A DNA stretch of 64,000 nucleotides, taken from contig NW_026859045.1 in NCBI RefSeq assembly GCF_026571515.1, positions 248,001 to 312,000 of the forward strand, read 5' to 3'. The stretch's first letter is position 1. The number at the start of each line of letters is the position of its first letter. A model generated the notes under the pieces. That model was not told the origin of the DNA and did no database searches. It saw only the letters and a list, made by a program, of their open reading frames with translations. The DNA is from Ruditapes philippinarum (lineage: Eukaryota). Positions 50,901-64,000 of the stretch are shown here, one piece after another. The position numbers and the translations under genes were made by a program.

Positions 50901-53900
50901 TACATATACATTTTTTTTTAAAGTATTTCAATACGAAATAACTGCACCAATTCCTACAGCATACATTTTAAATATATCATTGATATCCATTTAAAAAAGC
51001 TCTCAACTAAATAAAATATTTCTAGCGGAAAAAATTTTGGAGAGATTTACGTTATCCTGTCTGAAATGAAATGCCTTCGGCTAATTTGTACATCAATATT
51101 CTGTAATTACATTTTGTGGAAAAGTATTTCTGGTATTTTCTAAAAACAACGTGAACTAGACTAAAAGCAGAAATGTGTTGAACTTAAGGGTTGAGACATT
51201 AATTCCCTTTTCAACCACCGTTTACCCATGTGTATTTGTAAGAGGCGACTAGGTTGCAATTACTGGTGTCTACACATCTTTAAGCTCCAGCAGGTGTGGT
51301 GGATTGACCACTGTTGTTTATAAAGTACGAAAAAATCATGTTTCATAATCATGAAAAAGAACGAAAAATATTGAATTTCCTGAACGTTAATCAGTCCCTG
51401 TTCAATGTTGTCTCACAATTTACAGTATCTAAGAAACAATCATGTTTTTTTAATCCAGCTACTTATCACATGAAATCAAATAGTGTTTCTAGTTAACTTT
51501 CTTAAATGCCTTGTTTAAGACCACTCATGTCATTCATTAGATCTCTGACAAATCTGGTAAAGCTTTATCAGCAACAGCCAATTTTGAATAAGGGTATATT
51601 TCTTTCAATCTATTTTATTAGAGATTTATTTTTGAAAAAAGAAGCACTGTCGCGAAAAGGTGATGGTGAATTATACGAGTTCTATATGTAGTAAACTACA
51701 TGGTGTGGTTAAAATATAGAGTGTCCCATTTGTAGTAATCATGTTTGTACCTTAATAATTATGTAAAATCTTTTCATTCAGGATTTACCAAATTGATCAA
51801 TTTGTGTTACAGTATGAATAGTCATTGGTACGATGTTTATATCTTTATGTTAGTAATGTTAGTGATGAAGGGTTTCGGAACTGTTGAAATTTAAACACCA
51901 TGATTAAGTTTAAATACTGACAACCTACAAGTGTTTCTTCAAACGTTTTACATTATCTATTGCATTCATTACAGTTAACTACTTGTAAATAATTCCATGA
52001 GAACAAAACATATTCACAGCGGCTAGACGTATAAATAACTAATACATAGTTCGCGTTCTCGAAAAAGTTGTGCTAAGTCAAAGAGAAAAATCTTTTATAC
52101 CGTCTAGCCTTCATAAATATAGTCTTGGAAATATGCAATTACTTCAATGTCTTGGAAATCTGATATGAAACAGATCTTTATAATTGGTGCATGCAAAATT
52201 CTTAATTGACAAACAAATTTGTTAAAATCCTATAGTCTGAAAGTGAATCATTTAATAAAATAATAATGTTTTGATTATCAAAACCATTTTTTGTTTTAAT
52301 TTCATCACTATAAAGTAGCTCTAAACATCCAGATTGTCATTTTATTTACCAACACGTTTATTTAATGATTTATTCATTCATTTAATTATCTATTTATTTT
52401 ATTTATAAGACGAAATGATCAAAAACTAAAAGTTATTTATAGCGCTCGGAAATAAAGAAATTCGAATAATTCTGGGTTAGGCTAGACCATTTATTAATCA
52501 TTAAATGTACCATCACCGAATATGTTCAGGATAAAAAAGAAAGACAATAAAGCAATACACTGATCGTTGCTTTGACATTTCGGTAACTTACATGTATCTG
52601 TTATTGAATTAAGGTCAAATACGAATTCTTTTAACGGTCGCATGTCTGTCTAACTATCACGTCAAACAATTTCCTGTCCTCGAATTAAACAGCAAAATGA
52701 CCGATTCACTGTTGTCAAACTTTCTTACAAAACGCCAAGATCTAATTGATCTGATTGTTTTCAGAGGAAGTGTTTGCATGTACAAATCGGATTACCTTGT
52801 TTCCTTACTTCAAAACACGAGATCAAATGTTGTGAAGACAAACGGAGCAATGTCGCTTGAAATGATTCGATATAATTGTTTGTTCATGCGTCATTACAAA
52901 CCAACTCTAACTCTGTAACATATAAAAATATGATTGCACAAACCCTGACATCATATAGTTTTTTGGCTCTATTGTCTTAATCTAGAAATCACTTCTACAA
53001 TTTGTAATAATTACCTTTGGTTGGTTTAGATGCACCTTCAACGCTGAATAGATTAAAACTATATTATGTTTAGGTTTGAGAGGAAAGATCAAACAGTCTT
53101 GAGACACCATAAGTAAATTTATATTATAATGCAGAAAAGCTTGAAAATGTGATCGCATACTTAGAATATTAAGTAATATGTAGTTGATATAAATTCAGCA
53201 CGGCTATCATTGTCATTATGTATTGTAACAATTCAGATTCTAATCAGTATATTTTCGCCGATCTCAGTACTTACTATCAGGCTGACATATTCAAAATTTG
53301 CAAATATTAAATGAAATGACAAGAAAAGAAAATTATTTTCCACAAATTACCGACGTTTTCAAGTATGACATGAATTTATTTTTTCTTACAACATTATGCA
53401 TATTTTACATGTATAGTGTTTTGTAAAATTTAAGTCTATTTGATATCAGAAGTATGTCCATGCATGTCCTTGTGAAAAAAAGGATCTTATCAACAAAAAA
53501 AAAAAGAAAAAAAACACAACAAAAAACACAAACAAAAACGATTGTCACGAATTTAAGGCTATTCTAGCCTTATTACACAAACATTGCAGTTGTGAGGTAA
53601 TCGATTACATAGTAGTTTTTAACAGGAAACAGCCCAATAATTAACAACACTCTTCTTAATTGAAATTGCTTTAACAAATAAAGGTCCACCGTTTACGCAG
53701 ACTTCTCTAAAAAGGAAAAGGACATTCACAAACTGCGTGAATACTTGCATATGGCATGCTGAAAAAAGAGCTGTGACCTCTAGTGATGGCAAACAAAAAA
53801 ATAATTCGATTCGTTTATTGTAGAGCACAAATCTCTACATGTGCAATAACGTCAGCTACACAATCTTACGCCAACTTACCGGTCAGCTAACCAGGCTCAA

Positions 53901-54925
53901 TATATCCGACTCTGCAACATTTTTTTTAATTTCTTCAGTCCCCGGTGAACTTTTATGACTACGTATTTCTCTCGTATTATCCCAGAAAACCAAAACAAAC
54001 AAAAAATAATTGAAATTGTTGTATTTGTTTTTACTATTTAAAATGCATAGCCTAGAGTGAACAAACTCTGAAGAGTAAAAAAGGCTACATTGATGAAACG
54101 TATCAAGTTTGTACTTTTAGAAAGCAATTATATAACATTCACAGGAACAAAACCGTTTGATATAACTACGTGTTGTCGACGGAGATCCTTAATTACCCGG
54201 AACAAAATAATTATATTGGCAGTTTACATTTTACGACGCGGAACAGAGGACACTGTGATTGAAAAATAATAGCATTGAATCCGGCATCTATAGCGCGGGC
54301 TCTGTGTGCCCCTCATCACCGAGCAATAATATTCAGGCATACATATTATTTAATCTGTTAGAATTTACAATTCTATACAAAGAATATAATTGTACAAAAT
54401 GTTGTGATTTTCGAGAGAGATCTTAACACAAACTGGAATATATCGCGGTTTGTCCGCCTAGCTAAAATGTATATAATAACATTACTCCGTTTTTATTCTT
54501 CCGCAACACGTGACAAGATACATTTCCCAAAATGTCATTGTGTAAAAGTTCTTAAAAATTATCATATGTGTTTCGTTCAGGTTCAAACGCCCACAAATGT
54601 AATATTAACACTATAAACACCTGTCAACCAACATATAAATGACAAAATTTTAAGCTCACACTCTGCTTTTTCATACATCTGCACTCACCTTCAAATTCTT
54701 TCAAATTAGGGCGAATTTAAAAGAATTGAGCAAATCAGGAACCACAAAATTGTTAACGTAATTTTCTTATTTAAAAAAAATGAAAACCCATAGTAAACCC
54801 TTTGTAAAAAAAAATTAGCATTCTTCATATGAGTTGTAAAGAACATTACATATATGATAACTTGTTTAACATTTCGACGAGTTAGCACTTGCTTGATCAT
54901 ATTTCGGGTCAGCAAGGATAAACTG
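47990..54925. repeat. ~7 kb array unit C
   Basis: Directly follows unit B head-to-tail. 49884-54925 is repeated again as unit D. Confidence 0.92.
51215..51300 (+). mobile_element. Possible V-domain SINE relic (homologous copies at 46106-46195 and 58160-58255; related sequence at 61053-61140)
   Basis: cccatgtgtatttgtaagaggcgacta resembles the V-SINE core CCATGCGTGTCGTAAGAGGCGACTA, recalled from memory. Confidence 0.35.
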
Positions 54926-55008
54926 CTTCCGTTGTGACCGTTATCTTATCCATCATCTCTTGCCAGACCATTTACCGTTGTATGATGTGTTGTTATGTTA
55001 CTCTTATA

Positions 55009-55239
55009 GGAGCCGCTCATTACAACCCCACCAAAACCAACATAATGCCGTTTTGCGGACCAGTCTGATTCAGAGATCTATTGGCTGTGCTATCAGTTAT
55101 CATATCTATGTTATAAGTTTTGTAGGCAAACAGCATGATCCTGTTCAGACCGCGCGGATGCGCAGGCTCGCTCTTACTCCGACTCCATGTGGTCGCAAAA
55201 ACGTAACTATGTTGCGTCTTGTCAAGACGCGGCCCTTCA
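55009..55239. mobile_element. Older, diverged copy of the palindromic TA-MITE
   Basis: gagccgctcatt...aaaaccaacataatg...cagcatgatcctgttcagaccgcgcggatgcgcaggct...gtcaagacgcggccc. Confidence 0.85.
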
Positions 55240-58200
55240 TTATGTAAAAATTTTGTTTCAAAACTCAAATGATAATAACATAGAATAACTAGACTTATTA
55301 TAAACATCGTCGAAAAGTTATATTTTACCGCGCTATAGGAAGGATTGTTTAAAGACTTTTTGTATGTGTTTATGATCGGTAATTCACCTATGCTTTTTTT
55401 AACTTCCGCAAGCAAAAGATGAATAAAAGCCAACTTAATTAACAAAGTACATCACACATGTACGTTTTCTAACTATCAGGAAACAATCAGAAAAGAAATA
55501 GGACTTCACTATTCATTACATTCAGTTTGCCTTGATTTAACAATATAAGTTGTTATGATATAACTTCTATATAGTGATTATCTGTTTCTGACAACAATAC
55601 AAGTTTATCAAAAAGCTTAGATAATTACAGAAAGTACATAAATCTTTGACCGTTTCCTGTTGTCATACCACAAGGAAATAAAACAAGAAAATGTTTTGTA
55701 ATTTTTACAAAATTTGATTTGAGTTCTCTGCGAAGAATGAGAGATAGTTGAGTTTTATATCATATAAAAATCTTTATACTTTTCAAAGTGTCCTTTATAT
55801 CACCCATATGGATATCTATTTAGCATGCTTCAGAAGTGTCAAATCCTTTAACAGCAAAAAAAAATATGCCGGTTTGTTTGCACCTAGTTTATCAAATGTT
55901 TTTAAATATCGCAGAAAACATGTGCAGAGTTCGTTACCATCAGATTTGCCTGTACTAAATAAACTACAGGTACGTTGTATACCATCAGATTTCATGATAC
56001 TTTAGTAATTGAAACAGTTGTCAATTTTAAAACATTAAGTATCTTAAAAATATAAAACACATATACTGCCTGTCGCCAGAACCGGCACTTTTCTAGTCGT
56101 TTTTCTAAATTAAGATACATTATAACGGACAAATGTTAAAATAAAATGTATAAAAGACGAATCCGAACTGAGTAAGCGAGGCTGAATTAATGAACGTATG
56201 TCATTGCAACCAGTTAAAACAAATATTCATATCATTGTGAGGTTATTTTTGTTATATGATAATCTTATTCAAAAGTGTTTATTACTCATCAGAATGTATT
56301 CAAATTTTAATAATAACAACTAGGGAAATTTGGTACACTACAGTACAGTACTAGCTCTACTGTTGACAATTCATTTCTAATTTAAATAACAAATACCGAA
56401 CATGTGCGGCAGTATGTTCGTTCCATTTGAGAGACAACGATCTGGCTTTTGCTTAGAAGTGTTTGTCTTGAGATGAATGTGATGTAAAGACTTTTTTGGG
56501 GGAACCATTAACGCTTTTACTGTTATTGCTTTATAAAGGGATTTTTTTGCAGATATTGCACTCTTATTCTATAACACATGTGTTTAATAATTTTTAAATA
56601 TGCAATAATAAGCCTTTGTACTATGTTTCTACCAATATTAAATGTTATGTTAATTTTTTGTATGTATCAAGTTGTCATTTATTGTGAATTGATATGAAAA
56701 TTAATTTTTTTCTTACTTTGAATTTGAAAAAAAGAAAGTTATCATGATTGTTTATGTAGTCTAATGGGACATCTATAAAAGAGCCCTATCAACGAAAGAA
56801 GCGTTCATTTTTCAAGACAGATTCGCCACATTTTGTCATAGCACTATATAAACGGATGCTTCTTACGTTAGATACACTGTTAATATTTACATCGTGTAAG
56901 TGGTAAGGAGAGAGAATGTATATTATGTGCTACATATGACAATAATTGATACATGTATATGATATCGTAAGCAGGCATGTGAATCCTTTACATGCAATGA
57001 TTCTTTAATGGACATGTCTAGGCTTTTGATTTTGAAATAGTCTATTCACAGTTTCGGGGATGTTTACATCGAAGTTTGAATTAAGTCAGTAAACAATAAC
57101 GAACAGGTCAGGCTGGCTTAGCTATGAACTCCACTGTGATGAATAGCGTGTCAAATGTCGGAGTGAACACTTAAAACAGAAAGATTGTACAAAGAGGAAT
57201 GTAAAAAAAAATTATTATTAAAAACGCTTTAAAGTCTTTTTTGTGCTACTTAGGTCCGACTTTAGTGTAAAGCGTTGGCAAATATTTTTCACATGTTGGG
57301 TTGGTCATTTTTTACAATATTAGCAGAAACCATATACTTTGAAAAACGGAGGGGAAGCGAATGAACTGAAATTCTTGCGAGAGCAAGTAATCGGTACAGA
57401 CCTTCATCAAATGGTTTAATATTCATTTAAAAAAAAGTCATTGCCATTTTCATGTCAAAACAATCTCTAGTGGAGCTCCTTTTACAAGTTTTGTGCCAAC
57501 GAACAGTTATGACAAGAAGAATAATCTGATGTTCTGTATACAAACTCTGAATGTACTATTTATTAAAGCCATTGAGAATTATTATAGACGTTTAAAAGAT
57601 TTAAAATGAACTTTAATGTATATTATATCTTTTTTTTATTTCTACCAAATTTAGCTCCCGACGACTAAGTATCTTGATGACGTCAAAATAAGAATTGGTC
57701 TTTCAAACAAGTATATCTCTGTACAGCAAAACAACAGATGGAGACTAGTCATACCATAAATGGTTATTAATAAGCTAATTAAAAAAGAGTGCTGTAAAAA
57801 ACAAACCTCGGCAAAAATTTGCCCCAGTACATATACATTTAATTTTTAAAAGTATTTCAATACGAAATAACTGCACCAATTCCTACAGCGATACATTTTC
57901 AAATATATCATTGATATCCATTTCAAAAAAGCTCTCAACTAAATAAAATATTTCTTAGCGGAAAAAAGTTTTGGAGAGATTTACGTTTACTTCCTGTCTG
58001 ACAATGAAATCGCCTTCGGCTAAATTTGTACATCAAATAATTCTGTAATTACATTTTGTGGAAAAAGTATTTCTGTGGTACTTTTCTAAAAACAACGTGA
58101 ACTAGCTAAAAGCAGGAAATGTGTTGAACTTAAGGGTTGAGACATTAATTTCCTTTTCAACCACCGCTTTACCCATGTGTATTTGTAAAAGAGGCGACTA

Positions 58201-59649
58201 GCCTGGTTGCAATTAACTGGTGTCTACCACATCTTTAAGCTCCAGCAGGTATGTGGTCGGATGACCACTGTTGTTTATAAAGCTACGAAAACAATCATGT
58301 TTCATAATCATGAAAAACGAACGAAACATATTGAATTTCATGCACTGAACGTTAATCAAGTCCCTGTTTCACATGTGTTGTCTGCACAAGTACAGTATCT
58401 AAGACAAACAATCACCTAGTTATATGTTGATCCGAAGACGTACTGTATCACCAATATGAAATCATAATTCAATAGTGTTCTAGTTAACTTTCTTAAACTG
58501 GCCTTGTTATAAAGGAACGAATATGTATTCATTAAGATCTCTGACAATATCAGTTAAAGCTTGATCAGCACACAGCCAACCATCTCGCTCTGACGAAAGG
58601 TGCAGAAATATACACTTCATCTACTGTATAATTAGAGGAATTTAGATTGAGACAAAAGATTAAGCACATGAAGTGTCCGACGGAAAAAGGATCGATATTG
58701 TAAATGACGGTTCTAATGTAGTTAAACGTAAGTGGATGTGGTTAAAATATAAGTGTCCCATTTGTAGTAATCATGTTTGTACCTTAATAATTATGTAAAA
58801 TCTTTTCATTCAGGATTTACCAAATTGATCAATTTGTGTTACAGTATGAATAGTCATTGGTACGATGATTATATCTTTATGTTAGTAATGTCCGCAACTC
58901 ATATACTGTTATAATGTTTTCTGATGACCTTTACACCCACGGACATCAATGTAGAGATGAAGGGTTTTGGAACTGTTGAAATTTAAACACCATTATTAAG
59001 TTTAAATACTGACAACCTACAAGTGTTTCTTCAAACGTTTTACATTATCTATTGCATTCATTACAGTTAACTACTTGTAAATAATTCAATGAGAACAAAA
59101 CATATTCACAGCGGCTAGACGTATAAATAACTAATACATATTTCGCGTTCTCGAAAAAGTTGTGCTAAGTCAAAAGAGAAAAATCTTTTATACCGTCTAG
59201 CCTTCATAAATATAGTCTTGGAAATATGCAATTACTTCAATGTCTTGGAAATCTGATATGAAACAGATCTTTATAATGGTGCATGCAAATTCTTAATTGA
59301 CAAACAAATTTGTTAAAATCCTATAGTCTGAAAGTGAATCATTTAATAAAACATAATAGTTGATTATCAAACCATTTTTTGTTTTAATTTCATCACTATA
59401 AAGTAGCTCTAAACATCCAGATTGTCATTTTATTTACCAACACGTTTATTTAATGATTTATTCATTCATTTAATTATCTATTTATTTTATTTATAAGACG
59501 AAATGATCAAAAACTAAAAGTTATTTATAGCGCTCGGAAATAAAGAAATTCGAATAATTCTGGGTTAGGCTAGACCTTTTATTTATAATTAAAATATATC
59601 ATCAACGAATAGGTTCAGGATAAAAAAGAAGAAAAAAAAAAAAAAAAAA

Positions 59650-59702
59650 AACAATACATTGTTCGTTAACAATACATTGTTCGTTAACAATACATTGTTC
59701 GC
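59650..59702 (+). repeat. 18-bp tandem repeat x3 (aacaatacattgttcgtt)
   Basis: Direct read. It is single-copy in units B and C. Confidence 0.9.
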
Positions 59703-60836
59703 TGCTCTGACAATCCGGTAACTTACATGTATCGGCCATTGAATTAAGGTCAAATATGAATTCTTTTAACGGTCGCATGTTTGTCAAACTATCACGTAAA
59801 ACAATTTCCTGTCTTCGGATTAAACAGCGAACGTTCAACCTGAGTAACGTTCAACATGTAGGTTTGAGAGGAAAGATCAAACAGTTTTGAGACACCATAA
59901 GTACATTTATATTACAATGCAGAAAAGCTTGAAAATGTGATAGTATACTTAGAATATTAAGTTATATGTAGTTTATATAAATTCTGCACGGCTATCATTG
60001 TCATTATGTATTGTAACAATTCAGATTCTAATCAGTATATTTTTGTCCGAATAATATGACATATTAAAAATTGCAATATTAAATGAAATGACAAGAAAAG
60101 AAAATTATTTTCCACAAATACCGACGTTTTCAAGTATGACATGAATTTATTTCTTACAACATTATGCATATTTTACATGTATAGTTTTGTTAATTAAAGT
60201 CTTTTAGTATCAGAAGTTATGCATGCATGTCCTTGTGAAAAAGTAAAGGAATCTAATTAACAAAAACCGATTGTCACAATAAGTTTATTCTAGTTAATTT
60301 CACAAAACATGCAGATTGTGAGGCAATCGATAATATTTAGTTTTAACAAAACATGCAAATAATTAACAACACACTTTAATTGAAATTCTTTAACAATTAA
60401 GGGTCCACCGTTCACGCAGACCTTTCTAAAAGGAAAAGGAAATTCAAATGACAATCTTGTTATGGCATGCTGAAAAAAGAGCTGACTCTAAGATGTCAAC
60501 AAAAATGATTCGATTCGTTTATTGTAGAGACAAATTAACAAATTACATGTGCAATAACGTTACACTTACGCCAAACTACCGTCACTAAACAGGCTCAATC
60601 TATTTGACTCTGCAACATTTTTAATTTCGCAGTCCCGGACGAACTTTGATGACTACGTATTTCTCTCGTTTATCCAGAAAACAAAACATACAAAACACAA
60701 TTCAAATTGCAGTAATTTGTTTTCAAAGAAAATGATTAAAATGTTGTAAATTTTCACATTGAAACCAACTCATTTGCTATAATTATATTATTTGCCAAAT
60801 ATTATCATTAGAATACAATACATAATCATATATTAT

Positions 60837-60900
60837 TTTGTTGGATTTAACGTCGCAACAACACACAGTAACAGTCTTAAGCGACATTCCACCTTAATTG
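60837..60900 (-). mobile_element. Decayed Meta-SINE tail fragment
   Basis: ttggatttaacgtcgcaacaacacacag...gtcttaagcgacattccac is the reverse complement of the SINE tail. Confidence 0.5.
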
Positions 60901-61427
60901 CTGAATGTAGATCTATTGTACCAGTCGGTGCATTAATGGAAGCACAAGCAGATACATGTACTTATATAAATTCAATAATGATTTAATGACATAGTGTTTA
61001 TGACAAGCAATGTGGCCCCTTTGGCCTGCCTTTAATGGCATTAGACTTGCATCCACCATTTTATCTATGTCTGTCCGTTCGCGGAGACTAATGCAAAAAT
61101 GAACAACTGGAGTCTATGCCTCTCTTAGCTCCAGCAGGCGAAATATTTCCATACCAAACTTTGATATATGATCATATTTTCAAAAGATTGATTGGGAAAA
61201 ATATCAAAACAAATTTGTTGTTGATTTGCAATCGTTTGTAAAGGAGTATATAGCAAAGAACCCAATGAAAGGAAAGCATGAAATCTTAAGTGTTGACCTT
61301 CTATAATATTATGTTTTGTTTTCAACAATTTCCATTATTTTATACTTTTTTATGACAAATGTATGACGGATGCGTTCTTTTAATGTCGCACTTCCTTCTA
61401 GATCTTTGTACTCCTTTTTATCCATAT

Positions 61428-61520
61428 AAAAGACAGGAATAAAGATCAAAAAGGCAAAGGCAACGTTTACAGGACGCAGGCCCCCGACACACCAAATTAG
61501 GGCACCCAGAAGGCACCAAC
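61428..61520. repeat. Dispersed repeat fragment (copy of 17679-17765)
   Basis: gaataaagatcaaaaaggcaaaggca...acaggacgcagg..ccgacacacc...gggcacc. Confidence 0.75.
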
Positions 61521-62475
61521 ATCTGAATTACTTATTGATACTTTACTTTAAAGTATATACGTTGAATTGCAAGTGTGTAGGAATATATTGGAGTTGTCGT
61601 TTACGGTGGTCATATGGTACATACGTTACAATATTGTGCTTGCACATATATATTGTCCTGTTTTACTATTTAAAATGCATAGCCTATGTGAAACAAACTC
61701 TAAAAATAAAAAAGGCTTCATTGATAATTTAACATATTAAGTTTATACTTTTAGAAAGCATTATATAACATTACAGGAACAAACCGTTTGATGATAACTA
61801 CGTGTTGTCGAGATTAATACCCCGGAACAAAACAATTATATTGCAGTTTACATTTTACGACCGGCACGAGGACACGTGATTGAAAAAATAAAGCATTGAA
61901 ATTGGCCAAGCAATAATATTCAGGCATACATATTATTTATTCTGTACGAATTTACATTGTATACAAAGAATATATTGTACAAAAATGTTGTGATTTTCGA
62001 GAGATCTTAACACAAATCTGGGTAATATATCGCCGGTTGGTCTGCCTAGCTAAAATTTTTTAATAACATACTCTTTTTATTTCCTCCGCAAGTGACCAAG
62101 TACATATCCAAAATGATCATTGGTAAAAGTTCTTAAAAATATTCTATTGGTGTTTGCTCAGGTTCAAACGCACAAATGCATATTAACACTTATAAAATAA
62201 CATATAATTAATAAATTTAATATTTTTCAAATTTCTGATATTTTGTTATTCTCAAATTAGATAAGAATTGAGCAAATCAGGAACCACAAAATTGTAACGT
62301 ATTTTCTTATTTACAAAAACAAGAATGAAAAACCCATAGTGACCACTTTTGTAAAAAAAATAGCATTCTTCATATGTTGTAAAATAACATTTACATATAT
62401 TTAACTTGTTTAACATTTCGACGATTTTAGCACTTTTTGGTCATATCTCGGTCAGCCAACGATAACTCCGTAATT

Positions 62476-62499
62476 GCTCCGCGCCCATAGGCGCGGAGC
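62476..62499. other. Perfect GC-rich hairpin, probably the terminus of a mobile element
   Basis: gctccgcgcc-cata-ggcgcggagc (10-bp stem) lies a few bases after unit D homology stops. Confidence 0.6.
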
Positions 62500-64000
62500 T
62501 ATTTGTGTTTACTTTTTTGTTTTGTCCATGGGCCCGGATTTGAGCAATAAATCCTTTCGATTAACAGCTAAAAGTAAATCCGCATTCAAGAAGTCCTTTC
62601 GATTTCTATATTGGTTTCCCCGTCTATGATTCGCAGCATGTCATATAAATGAATGAGAACCGGAAAGCAGTTCTCCTTTTACATAAATTCGAAAGCTATA
62701 AATAGTTTTAAATGTTATACATTTGTTATTTCCCTTTTTAATAGTACATGCAATTATAATTTGTTACATTTTGAAATACAGTTACACATGTCATATCAAG
62801 TATACTATTAGTGATTGAATTTGTCAATATAAAGAAGATTTCAGGCATAAAATTTTAACAATTTTGCTTTTGATAATTATTTTTAATTTATATTTATGAA
62901 ATTAAATGTTAAATAATAACATGTTGATATATTGGTTGTTTTGAAATAATTAAACTTTAGTATATTAGGTTACATTTATTTAGCATCATTGATACAGCAT
63001 ACTACTTTGTGATAATGGTATGAATGCATTTTGTAGCCTTGCGAGAGGATGGACTCACCTTAAGGTGTTTCGCTTTGTCAGCCAAGTTTGTATACACAAA
63101 GTTTGAGCAAAGTGAGAGTAGGCCGAAATTCATATATCAACAAAGCTCACATTGTTATATGATGAGCTATTTGCAAGTAAACTTCCAATTCTATGTTTTA
63201 AAGCTTATTTTAAACAAAAAGAAAAATGATAACAATAAGAAATTTACATTGAATGGGCTACATTTCTGAAGACCAAAAACATTCTGTTGCAAATCTTTAT
63301 GCACATTTCATGAATGGAAAAATCCAGTTTAAAGTCTATTTTAGTGCAAACAAATGGTACTTTTTGCCAAAAATACAAACAAAAACTTTTAAAAACATAA
63401 ATCTTAGGAAAGTAGTTTATCTGACCTTGAAAAAACGTGGCCTCCATGGCATGTGTAAAAAGTAGTACCATGACAATAAACATCATTTACCTATTTCTTG
63501 TGTACATGACAAACAGGCACATTTCACTGTTCAAAAAGGTTAGCTTTTAAAGTTTGATTGTGTTTTCATTTTAATTGTAGTTCATAAGGCTATAAATGAT
63601 GATTGTTTTCTTGCATTCAAACGATGGTGTTTTCTTGCACTACTTTTTTACCAAAAAATAAGGGGAGGCCATGTGCTTAGAAGACATGAGATACTGATTT
63701 ATTTGGAGTTAAGTTTTGAAAGATTTTTTGTATTTGCTGCAAAAAAAAGGGCTTTTTTTTTTTGGCACTAAAACAGACTTTTAAAAGGATTTTGCAAATA
63801 AATACATGGAAGTGCATAGAAAACTTTGCAACAGAATGTTTTTGTCTTCAGAAATGTAGCACATTCAAGGTAAATGTTCTTATTGTTATCATTTTTATTT
63901 TTGTTTATAATTGTCCTTTAAATATAAACCTGGAAGTGCATTTTCAAATGGTTCATCATTTTACAATAAGAGCTTTGTTGCTATATGAACTTTGGCCTAC

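Larger units (their letters stand above)
56762..62467. repeat. Array unit D: near-identical but indel-riddled copy of 49884-54925
   Basis: Starts taatgggacatctataaaagagccc (same as 49884) and ends ...ggtcagc.a.gataa (same as ~54920). Confidence 0.95.

Noticed and set aside
55020-55445. Longest real ORF (141 aa), plus ORFs at 6849, 7324, 15884, 35395-35837 and 54960
   Set aside because: They are translations of stop-poor MITE or TIR sequence and show no recognisable protein features.
63024-63486. Overlapping 70-81 aa ORFs and a minus-strand AAG|GTGAGT donor near 63058
   Set aside because: No recognisable homology and no consistent exon chain; probably inside a repeat.

Overview
This is AT-rich eukaryotic DNA with one assembly gap (1605-1890). 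I found no supportable intact protein-coding gene: the supplied ORFs are N-runs, AT-rich noise or translations of repeats. The repeat content points by inference to a bivalve mollusc, probably a venerid-type clam. It includes Meta-domain tRNA-SINEs, a pearl/HINE-type Helentron-associated element, TA-flanked palindromic MITEs, a TRIM, and I-group and L1/Tx1 LINE relics. The window is built mostly from serial local duplications: a ~2.4 kb tandem pair at ~3.5-7.3 kb and a degenerate head-to-tail array with a ~7 kb period from ~26.5 to ~62.5 kb. The best candidate for a hidden system is an array of duplicated promoter/enhancer plus short first-exon modules on the minus strand, possibly serving a gene whose body lies left of the window. 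The evidence is a recurring ETS/AP-1-like composite motif, two TATA-Inr-exon-GTAAGT cassettes and three further ATG-to-GTAAGT cassettes, all ending in phase 1. This is a hypothesis that needs RNA data. The last array unit (56762-62467) has an indel profile typical of unpolished long reads and may be an uncollapsed haplotype. Boundaries of degraded elements are approximate, and family names are recalled from memory without a database search.
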